Source of the DNA: Auanema rhodensis
Lineage: Eukaryota; Animalia; Nematoda
Assembly: GCA_964057225.1 (NCBI GenBank)
Contig: OZ059897.1
Span: 18,104,001 to 18,168,000 of the forward strand
Reading direction: 5' to 3'
DNA length: 64,000 nucleotides
Below, piece after piece: positions 1 to 11,200 of this stretch. The first letter of the stretch is position 1. Each line of letters starts with the position of its first letter. The notes below the pieces were generated by a model. That model made no database searches, was not told the origin of the DNA, and saw only the letters and a list, made by a program, of their open reading frames with translations. A program made the translations under genes and the position numbers.

Positions 1-146
1 TCCAAAAACATTTTGACAAAAATTTTTTCGAAAAATTTCAAAATAATTTAGCAAAAAGTAGATGTTTTTAGATTCCATTTTTCAAGGCAAAGACGATGGA
101 CAATGTTATTCAACGAAAAAATTAATTCTTCAGGGTGAAAATCGAG

Positions 147-168
147 GATATAAGTGTGAACTTATATC
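147..168. other. Perfect inverted repeat GATATAAGT-gtga-ACTTATATC (9-bp stem, 4-nt loop), present in essentially every monomer
   Basis: The arms at 147-155 and 160-168 are exact reverse complements. Confidence 0.9.
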
Positions 169-178
169 AGTTGATATC

Positions 179-245
179 TCGGTGCATTTTTAAGCTAGCG
201 CAAATCTGATAACACAGATCGACGCAGCTTAAAAATCCGCATCGA
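179..245. other. Long imperfect inverted repeat (potential hairpin or cruciform) in each full monomer
   Basis: Nested pairings: TCGGTGC(179-185)/GCATCGA(239-245, one G.T), ATTTTTAAGCT(186-196)/AGCTTAAAAAT(226-236), GCG(198-200)/CGC(223-225), ATCTG(204-208)/CAGAT(215-219), loop ATAACA. Confidence 0.85.
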
Positions 246-319
246 ATGCACTATACTACATCGAGAAACGCTCAATACAAAAATTAGTTATAATCGTTTG
301 AAAAATGATGCATTAGTGT

Positions 320-347
320 ATGTTGAGTTTCCATGTACACTCAACAT
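320..347. other. Inverted repeat ATGTTGAGT-(10 nt)-ACTCAACAT in each monomer
   Basis: The arms at 320-328 and 339-347 are exact reverse complements in the majority allele. Confidence 0.85.
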
Positions 348-702
348 TGCTTCCAAAAACATTTTGACAAAAATTTTTTCGAAAAATTTCAAAATAGTTT
401 AGCAAAAAGTAGATGTTTTTAGATTCCATTTTTCAAGGCAAAGACGATGGACAATGTTATTCAACGAAAAAATTAATTCTTCAGGGTGAAAATCGAAGAT
501 ATAAGTGTGAACTTATATCAGTTGATATCTCGGTGCATTTTTAAGCTAGCGCAAATCTGATAACACAGATCGACGCAGCTTAAAAATCCGCATCGAATGC
601 ACTATACTACATTGAGAAACGCTTAATACAAAAATTAGTTATAATCGTTTGAAAAATGATGCATTAGTGTATGTTGAGTTTCCATGTACACTCAACATTG
701 CT

Positions 703-3700
703 TCCAAAAACATTTTGACAAAAATTTTTTCGAAAAATTTCAAAATAATTTAGCAAAAAGTAGATGTTTTTAGATTCCATTTTTCAAGGCAAAGACGATG
801 GACAATGTTATTCAACGAAAAAATTAATTCTTCAGGGTGAAAATCGAAGATATAAGTGTGAACTTATATCAGTTGATATCTCGGTGCATTTTTAAGCTAG
901 CGTAAATCTGATAACACAGATCGACGCAGCTTAAAAATCCGCATCGAATGCACTATACTACATTGAGAAACGCTTAATACAAAAATTAGTTATAATCGTT
1001 TGAAAAATGATGCATTAGTGTATGTTGAGTTTCCATGTACACTCAACATTGCTTCCAAAAACATTTTGACAAAAATTTTTTCGAAAAATTTCAAAATAAT
1101 TTAGCAAAAAGTAGATGTTTTTAGATTCCATTTTTCAAGGCAAAGACGATGGACAATGTTATTCAACGAAAAAATTAATTCTTCAGGGTGAAAATCGAAG
1201 ATATAAGTGTGAACTTATATCAGTTGATATCTCGGTGCATTTTTAAGCTAGCGCAAATCTGATAACACAGATCGACGCAGCTTAAAAATCCGCATCGAAT
1301 GCACTATACTACATTGAGAAACGCTTAATACAAAAATTAGTTATAATCGTTTGAAAAATGATGCATTAGTGTATGTTGAGTTTCCATGTACACTCAACAT
1401 TGCTTCCAAAAACATTTTGACAAAAATTTTTTCGAAAAATTTCAAAATAATTTAGCAAAAAGTAGATGTTTTTAGATTCCATTTTTCAAGGCAAAGACGA
1501 TGGACAATGTTATTCAACGAAAAAATTAATTCTTCAGGGTGAAAATCGAGGATATAAGTGTGAACTTATATCAGTTGATATCTCGGTGCATTTTTAAGCT
1601 AGCGCAAATCTGATAACACAGATCGACGCAGCTTAAAAATCCGCATCGAATGCACTATACTACATCGAGAAACGCTCAATACAAAAATTAGTTATAATCG
1701 TTTGAAAAATGATGCATTAGTGTATGTTGAGTTTCCATGTACACTTAACATTGCTTCCAAAAACATTTTGACAAAAATTTTTTCGAAAAATTTCAAAATA
1801 GTTTACCAAAAAGTAGATGTTTTTAGATTCCATTTTTCAAGGCAAAGACGATGGACAATGTTATTCAACGAAAAAATTAATTCTTCAGGGTGAAAATCGA
1901 AGATATAAGTGTGAACTTATATCAGTTGATATCTCGGTGCATTTTTAAGCTAGCGTAAATCTGATAACACAGATCGACGCAGCTTAAAAATCCGCATCGA
2001 ATGCACTATACTACATTGAGAAACGCTTAATACAAAAATTAGTTATAATCGTTTGAAAAATGATGCATTAGTGTATGTTGAGTTTCCATGTACACTCAAC
2101 ATTGCTTCCAAAAACATTTTGACAAAAATTTTTTCGAAAAATTTCAAAATAATTTAGCAAAAAGTAGATGTTTTTAGATTCCATTTTTCAAGGCAAAGAC
2201 GATGGACAATGTTATTCAACGAAAAAATTAATTCTTCAGGGTGAAAATCGAAGATATAAGTGTGAACTTATATCAGTTGATATCTCGGTGCATTTTTAAG
2301 CTAGCGCAAATCTGATAACACAGATCGACGCAGCTTAAAAATCCGCATCGAATGCACTATACTACATTGAGAAACGCTTAATACAAAAATTAGTTATAAT
2401 CGTTTGAAAAATGATGCATTAGTGTATGTTGAGTTTCCATGTACACTCAACATTGCTTCCAAAAACATTTTGACAAAAATTTTTTCGAAAAATTTCAAAA
2501 TAATTTAGCAAAAAGTAGATGTTTTTAGATTCCATTTTTCAAGGCAAAGACGATGGACAATGTTATTCAACGAAAAAATTAATTCTTCAGGGTGAAAATC
2601 GAGGATATAAGTGTGAACTTATATCAGTTGATATCTCGGTGCATTTTTAAGCTAGCGCAAATCTGATAACACAGATCGACGCAGCTTAAAAATCCGCATC
2701 GAATGCACTATACTACATCGAGAAACGCTCAATACAAAAATTAGTTATAATCGTTTGAAAAATGATGCATTAGTGTATGTTGAGTTTCCATGTACACTTA
2801 ACATTGCTTCCAAAAACATTTTGACAAAAATTTTTTCGAAAAATTTCAAAATAGTTTACCAAAAAGTAGATGTTTTTAGATTCCATTTTTCAAGGCAAAG
2901 ACGATGGACAATGTTATTCAACGAAAAAATTAATTCTTCAGGGTGAAAATCGAAGATATAAGTGTGAACTTATATCAGTTGATATCTCGGTGCATTTTTA
3001 AGCTAGCGTAAATCTGATAACACAGATCGACGCAGCTTAAAAATCCGCATCGAATGCACTATACTACATTGAGAAACGCTTAATACAAAAATTAGTTATA
3101 ATCGTTTGAAAAATGATGCATTAGTGTATGTTGAGTTTCCATGTACACTCAACATTGCTTCCAAAAACATTTTGACAAAAATTTTTTCGAAAAATTTCAA
3201 AATAATTTAGCAAAAAGTAGATGTTTTTAGATTTCATTTTTCAAGGCAAAGACGATGGACAATGTTATTCAACGAAAAAATTAATTCTTCAGGGTGAAAA
3301 TCGAAGATATAAGTGTGAACTTATATCAGTTGATATCTCGGTGCATTTTTAAGCTAGCGCAAATCTGATAACACAGATCGACGCAGCTTAAAAATCCGCA
3401 TCGAATGCACTATACTACATTGAGAAACGCTTAATACAAAAATTAGTTATAATCGTTTGAAAAATGATGCATTAGTGTATGTTGAGTTTCCATGTACACT
3501 CAACATTGCTTCCAAAAACATTTTGACAAAAATTTTTTCGAAAAATTTCAAAATAATTTAGCAAAAAGTAGATGTTTTTAGATTCCATTTTTCAAGGCAA
3601 AGACGATGGACAATGTTATTCAACGAAAAAATTAATTCTTCAGGGTGAAAATCGAGGATATAAGTGTGAACTTATATCAGTTGATATCTCGGTACATTTT

Positions 3701-4914
3701 TAAGCTAGCGCAAATCTGATAACACAGATCGACGCAGCTTAAAAATCCGCATCGAATGCACTATACTACATCGAGAAACGCTCAATACAAAAATTAGTTA
3801 TAATCGTTTGAAAAATGATGCATTAGTGTATGTTGAGTTTCCATGTACACTCAACATTGCTTCCAAAAACATTTTGACAAAAATTTTTTCGAAAAATTTC
3901 AAAATAATTTAGCAAAAAGTAGATGTTTTTAGATTCCATTTTTCAAGGCAAAGACGATGGACAATGTTATTCAACGAAAAAATTAATTCTTCAGGGTGAA
4001 AATCGAAGATATAAGTGTGAACTTATATCAGTTGATATCTCGGTGCATTTTTAAGCTAGCGTAAATCTGATAACACAGATCGACGCAGCTTAAAAATCCG
4101 GATCGAATGCACTATACTACATTGAGAAACGCTTAATACAAAAATTAGTTATAATCGTTTGAAAAATGATGCATTAGTGTATGTTGAGTTTCCATGTACA
4201 CTCAACATTGCTTCCAAAAACATTTTGACAAAAATTTTTTCGAAAAATTTCAAAATAATTTAGCAAAAAGTAGATGTTTTTAGATTCCATTTTTCAAGGC
4301 AAAGACGATGGACAATGTTATTCAACGAAAAAATTAATTCTTCAGGGTGAAAATCGAAGATATAAGTGTGAACTTATATCAGTTGATATCTCGGTGCATT
4401 TTTAAGCTAGCGCAAATCTGATAACACAGATCGACGCAGCTTAAAAATCCGCATCGAATGCACTATACTACATTGAGAAACGCTTAATACAAAAATTAGT
4501 TATAATCGTTTGAAAAATGATGCATTAGTGTATGTTGAGTTTCCATGTACACTCAACATTGCTTCCAAAAACATTTTGACAAAAATTTTTTCGAAAAATT
4601 TCAAAATAATTTAGCAAAAAGTGGATGTTTTTAGATTCCATTTTTCAAGGCAAAGACGATGGACAATGTTATTCAACGAAAAAATTAATTCTTCAGGGTG
4701 AAAATCGAGGATATAAGTGTGAACTTATATCAGTTGATATCTCGGTGCATTTTTAAGCTAGCGCAAATCTGATAACACAGATCGACGCAGCTTAAAAATC
4801 CGCATCGAATGCACTATACTACATCGAGAAACGCTCAATACAAAAATTAGTTATAATCGTTTGAAAAATGATGCATTAGTGTATGTTGAGTTTCCATGTA
4901 CACTCAACATTGCT
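703..4914. repeat. Trimeric (1053-bp) higher-order periodicity, four imperfect copies
   Basis: The allele series [A146,T201]-[A146,C201]-[G146,C262,C273] starts at 703, 1756, 2809 and 3862. The ORFs at 1702 and 2755 are 1053 bp apart. Confidence 0.75.
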
Positions 4915-7900
4915 TCCAAAAACATTTTGACAAAAATTTTTTCGAAAAATTTCAAAATAATTTAGCAAAAAGTAGATGTTTTTAGATTCCATTTTTCAAG
5001 GCAAAGACGATGGACAATGTTATTCAACGAAAAAATTAATTCTTCAGGGTGAAAATCGAGGATATAAGTGTGAACTTATATCAGTTGATATCTCGGTGCA
5101 TTTTTAAGCTAGCGCAAATCTGATAACACAGATCGACGCAGCTTAAAAATCCGCATCGAATGCACTATACTACATTGAGAAACGCTTAATACAAAAATTA
5201 GTTATAATCGTTTGAAAAATGATGCATTAGTGTATGTTGAGTTTCCATGTACACTCAACATTGCTTCCAAAAACATTTTGACAAAAATTTTTTCGAAAAA
5301 TTTCAAAATAATTTAGCAAAAAGTAGATGTTTTTAGATTCCATTTTTCAAGGCAAAGACGATGGACAATGTTATTCAACGAAAAAATTAATTCTTCAGGG
5401 TGAAAATCGAAGATATAAGTGTGAACTTATATCAGTTGATATCTCGGTGCATTTTTAAGCTAGCGTAAATCTGATAACACAGATCGACGCAGCTTAAAAA
5501 TCCGGATCGAATGCACTATACTACATTGAGAAACGCTTAATACAAAAATTAGTTATAATCGTTTGAAAAATGATGCATTAGTGTATGTTGAGTTTCCATG
5601 TACACTCAACATTGCTTCCAAAAACATTTTGACAAAAATTTTTTCGAAAAATTTCAAAATAATTTAGCAAAAAGTAGATGTTTTTAGATTCCATTTTTCA
5701 AGGCAAAGACGATGGACAATGTTATTCAACGAAAAAATTAATTCTTCAGGGTGAAAATCGAGGATATAAGTGTGAACTTATATCAGTTGATATCTCGGTG
5801 CATTTTTAAGCTAGCGCAAATCTGATAACACAGATCGACGCAGCTTAAAAATCCGCATCGAATGCACTATACTACATCGAGAAACGCTCAATACAAAAAT
5901 TAGTTATAATCGTTTGAAAAATGATGCATTAGTGTATGTTGAGTTTCCATGTACACTCAACATTGCTTCCAAAAACATTTTGACAAAAATTTTTTCGAAA
6001 AATTTCAAAATAATTTAGCAAAAAGTAGATGTTTTTAGATTCCATTTTTCAAGGCAAAGACGATGGACAATGTTATTCAACGAAAAAATTAATTCTTCAG
6101 GGTGAAAATCGAAGATATAAGTGTGAACTTATATCAGTTGATATCTCGGTGCATTTTTAAGCTAGCGTAAATCTGATAACACAGATCGACGCAGCTTAAA
6201 AATCCGCATCGAATGCACTATACTACATTGAGAAACGCTTAATACAAAAATTAGTTATAATCGTTTGAAAAATGATGCATTAGTGTATGTTGAGTTTCCA
6301 TGTACACTCAACATTGCTTCCAAAAACATTTTGACAAAAATTTTTTCGAAAAATTTCAAAATAATTTAGCAAAAAGTAGATGTTTTTAGATTCCATTTTT
6401 CAAGGCAAAGACGATGGACAATGTTATTCAACGAAAAAATTAATTCTTCAGGGTGAAAATCGAGGATATAAGTGTGAACTTATATCAGTTGATATCTCGG
6501 TGCATTTTTAAGCTAGCGCAAATCTGATAACACAGATCGACGCAGCTTAAAAATCCGCATCGAATGCACTATACTACATCGAGAAACGCTCAATACAAAA
6601 ATTAGTTATAATCGTTTGAAAAATGATGCATTAGTGTATGTTGAGTTTCCATGTACACTCAACATTGCTTCCAAAAACATTTTGACAAAAATTTTTTCGA
6701 AAAATTTCAAAATAATTTAGCAAAAAGTAGATGTTTTTAGATTCCATTTTTCAAGGCAAAGACGATGGACAATGTTATTCAACGAAAAAATTAATTCTTC
6801 AGGGTGAAAATCGAAGATATAAGTGTGAACTTATATCAGTTGATATCTCGGTGCATTTTTAAGCTAGCGCAAATCTGATAACACAGATCGACGCAGCTTA
6901 AAAATCCGCATCGAATGCACTATACTACATCGAGAAACGCTCAATACAAAAATTAGTTATAATCGTTTGAAAAATGATGCATTAGTGTATGTTGAGTTTC
7001 CATGTACACTTAACATTGCTTCCAAAAACATTTTGACAAAAATTTTTTCGAAAAATTTCAAAATAGTTTACCAAAAAGTAGATGTTTTTAGATTCCATTT
7101 TTCAAGGCAAAGACGATGGACAATGTTATTCAACGAAAAAATTAATTCTTCAGGGTGAAAATCGAGGATATAAGTGTGAACTTATATCAGTTGATATCTC
7201 GGTGCATTTTTAAGCTAGCGTAAATCTGATAACACAGATCGACGCAGCTTAAAAATCCGGATCGAATGCACTATACTACATTGAGAAACGCTTAATACAA
7301 AAATTAGTTATAATCGTTTGAAAAATGATGCATTAGTGTATGTTGAGTTTCCATGTACACTCAACATTGCTTCCAAAAACATTTTGACAAAAATTTTTTC
7401 GAAAAATTTCAAAATAGTTTACCAAAAAGTAGATGTTTTTAGATTCCATTTTTCAAGGCAAAGACGATGGACAATGTTATTCAACGAAAAAATTAATTCT
7501 TCAGGGTGAAAATCGAGGATATAAGTGTGAACTTATATCAGTTGATATCTCGGTGCATTTTTAAGCTAGCGTAAATCTGATAACACAGATCGACGCAGCT
7601 TAAAAATCCGGATCGAATGCACTATACTACATTGAGAAACGCTTAATACAAAAATTAGTTATAATCGTTTGAAAAATGATGCATTAGTGTATGTTGAGTT
7701 TCCATGTACACTCAACATTGCTTCCAAAAACATTTTGACAAAAATTTTTTCGAAAAATTTCAAAATAATTTAGCAAAAAGTAGATGTTTTTAGATTCCAT
7801 TTTTCAAGGCAAAGACGATGGACAATGTTATTCAACGAAAAAATTAATTCTTCAGGGTGAAAATCGAGGATATAAGTGTGAACTTATATCAGTTGATATC

Positions 7901-8073
7901 TCGGTGCATTTTTAAGCTAGCGCAAATCTGATAACACAGATCGACGCAGCTTAAAAATCCGCATCGAATGCACTATACTACATCGAGAAACGCTCAATAC
8001 AAAAATTAGTTATAATCGTTTGAAAAATGATGCATTAGTGTATGTTGAGTTTCCATGTACACTCAACATTGCT

Positions 8074-8298
8074 TCCAAAAACATTTTGACAAAAATTTTT
8101 TCGAAAAATTTCAAAATAATTTAGCAAAAAGTAGATGTTTTTAGATTCCATTTTTCAAGGCAAAGACGATGGACAATGTTATTCAACGAAAAAATTAATT
8201 CTTCAGGGTGAAAATCGAAGATATAAGTGTGAACTTATATCAGTTGATATCTCGGTGCATTAGTGTATGTTGAGTTTCCATGTACACTCAACATTGCT
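8074..8298. repeat. Truncated 225-bp monomer carrying a 126-bp internal deletion
   Basis: The sequence reads CTCGG-TGCATT-AGTGTATG at 8251-8269, joining monomer positions 183-188 to 309-314. The array phase shifts by -126 downstream. Confidence 0.97.
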
Positions 8299-11200
8299 TC
8301 CAAAAACATTTTGACAAAAATTTTTTCGAAAAATTTCAAAATAATTTAGCAAAAAGTAGATGTTTTTAGATTCCATTTTTCAAGGCAAAGACGATGGACA
8401 ATGTTATTCAACGAAAAAATTAATTCTTCAGGGTGAAAATCGAAGATATAAGTGTGAACTTATATCAGTTGATATCTCGGTGCATTTTTAAGCTAGCGTA
8501 AATCTGATAACACAGATCGACGCAGCTTAAAAATCCGCATCGAATGCACTATACTACATTGAGAAACGCTTAATACAAAAATTAGTTATAATCGTTTGAA
8601 AAATGATGCATTAGTGTATGTTGAGTTTCCATGTACACTCAACATTGCTTCCAAAAACATTTTGACAAAAATTTTTTCGAAAAATTTCAAAATAATTTAG
8701 CAAAAAGTAGATGTTTTTAGATTCCATTTTTCAAGGCAAAGACGATGGACAATGTTATTCAACGAAAAAATTAATTCTTCAGGGTGAAAATCGAGGATAT
8801 AAGTGTGAACTTATATCAGTTGATATCTCGGTGCATTTTTAAGCTAGCGCAAATCTGATAACACAGATCGACGCAGCTTAAAAATCCGCATCGAATGCAC
8901 TATACTACATCGAGAAACGCTCAATACAAAAATTAGTTATAATCGTTTGAAAAATGATGCATTAGTGTATGTTGAGTTTCCATGTACACTCAACATTGCT
9001 TCCAAAAACATTTTGACAAAAATTTTTTCGAAAAATTTCAAAATAATTTAGCAAAAAGTAGATGTTTTTAGATTCCATTTTTCAAGGCAAAGACGATGGA
9101 CAATGTTATTCAACGAAAAAATTAATTCTTCAGGGTGAAAATCGAAGATATAAGTGTGAACTTATATCAGTTGATATCTCGGTGCATTTTTAAGCTAGCG
9201 TAAATCTGATAACACAGATCGACGCAGCTTAAAAATCCGCATCGAATGCACTATACTACATTGAGAAACGCTTAATACAAAAATTAGTTATAATCGTTTG
9301 AAAAATGATGCATTAGTGTATGTTGAGTTTCCATGTACACTCAACATTGCTTCCAAAAACATTTTGACAAAAATTTTTTCGAAAAATTTCAAAATAATTT
9401 AGCAAAAAGTAGATGTTTTTAGATTCCATTTTTCAAGGCAAAGACGATGGACAATGTTATTCAACGAAAAAATTAATTCTTCAGGGTGAAAATCGAGGAT
9501 ATAAGTGTGAACTTATATCAGTTGATATCTCGGTGCATTTTTAAGCTAGCGCAAATCTGATAACACAGATCGACGCAGCTTAAAAATCCGCATCGAATGC
9601 ACTATACTACATCGAGAAACGCTCAATACAAAAATTAGTTATAATCGTTTGAAAAATGATGCATTAGTGTATGTTGAGTTTCCATGTACACTCAACATTG
9701 CTTCCAAAAACATTTTGACAAAAATTTTTTCGAAAAATTTCAAAATAATTTAGCAAAAAGTAGATGTTTTTAGATTCCATTTTTCAAGGCAAAGACGATG
9801 GACAATGTTATTCAACGAAAAAATTAATTCTTCAGGGTGAAAATCGAAGATATAAGTGTGAACTTATATCAGTTGATATCTCGGTGCATTTTTAAGCTAG
9901 CGTAAATCTGATAACACAGATCGACGCAGCTTAAAAATCCGCATCGAATGCACTATACTACATTGAGAAACGCTTAATACAAAAATTAGTTATAATCGTT
10001 TGAAAAATGATGCATTAGTGTATGTTGAGTTTCCATGTACACTCAACATTGCTTCCAAAAACATTTTGACAAAAATTTTTTCGAAAAATTTCAAAATAAT
10101 TTAGCAAAAAGTAGATGTTTTTAGATTCCATTTTTCAAGGCAAAGACGATGGACAATGTTATTCAACGAAAAAATTAATTCTTCAGGGTGAAAATCGAGG
10201 ATATAAGTGTGAACTTATATCAGTTGATATCTCGGTGCATTTTTAAGCTAGCGCAAATCTGATAACACAGATCGACGCAGCTTAAAAATCCGCATCGAAT
10301 GCACTATACTACATTGAGAAACGCTTAATACAAAAATTAGTTATAATCGTTTGAAAAATGATGCATTAGTGTATGTTGAGTTTCCATGTACACTCAACAT
10401 TGCTTCCAAAAACATTTTGACAAAAATTTTTTCGAAAAATTTCAAAATAATTTAGCAAAAAGTAGATGTTTTTAGATTCCATTTTTCAAGGCAAAGACGA
10501 TGGACAATGTTATTCAACGAAAAAATTAATTCTTCAGGGTGAAAATCGAAGATATAAGTGTGAACTTATATCAGTTGATATCTCGGTGCATTTTTAAGCT
10601 AGCGCAAATCTGATAACACAGATCGACGCAGCTTAAAAATCCGCATCGAATGCACTATACTACATCGAGAAACGCTCAATACAAAAATTAGTTATAATCG
10701 TTTGAAAAATGATGCATTAGTGTATGTTGAGTTTCCATGTACACTTAACATTGCTTCCAAAAACATTTTGACAAAAATTTTTTCGAAAAATTTCAAAATA
10801 GTTTACCAAAAAGTAGATGTTTTTAGATTCCATTTTTCAAGGCAAAGACGATGGACAATGTTATTCAACGAAAAAATTAATTCTTCAGGGTGAAAATCGA
10901 AGATATAAGTGTGAACTTATATCAGTTGATATCTCGGTGCATTTTTAAGCTAGCGCAAATCTGATAACACAGATCGACGCAGCTTAAAAATCCGCATCGA
11001 ATGCACTATACTACATTGAGAAACGCTTAATACAAAAATTAGTTATAATCGTTTGAAAAATGATGCATTAGTGTATGTTGAGTTTCCATGTACACTCAAC
11101 ATTGCTTCCAAAAACATTTTGACAAAAATTTTTTCGAAAAATTTCAAAATAATTTAGCAAAAAGTAGATGTTTTCAGATTCCATTTTTCAAGGCAAAGAC

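Larger units (their letters stand above)
1..351. repeat. Representative 351-bp monomer (arbitrary phase)
   Basis: Bases 1-351 are repeated from 352 with only a few substitutions (monomer positions 46, 146, 262, 273). Confidence 0.99.

Noticed and set aside
26-42. CENP-B box
   Set aside because: TTCG....A is present but the required CGGG is absent.
127-133. Hammerhead core CUGANGA (CUGAAGA on the minus strand); also CUGAUAA at 206-212 and GAAAC at 265-269 on the plus strand
   Set aside because: I could not build stems I-III with a correctly placed GAAA and NUH by eye, and the plus-strand motif lacks the conserved G. A covariance search would be decisive.
13-294. Bacterial promoter-like hexamers TTGACA (13-18) and TATAAT (289-294)
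   Set aside because: Neither has a partner at 16-18 bp spacing. Such hexamers are expected in AT-rich DNA, and TATAAT is lost in all G292 monomers.
1-351. 5S rRNA, tRNA, snRNA or spliced-leader tandem gene unit; identity with Drosophila 359-bp or Tribolium 360-bp satellites
   Set aside because: I recognise no such RNA sequence or Pol III boxes. Similarity to known satellites is limited to length and AT content as far as I can judge without a search.
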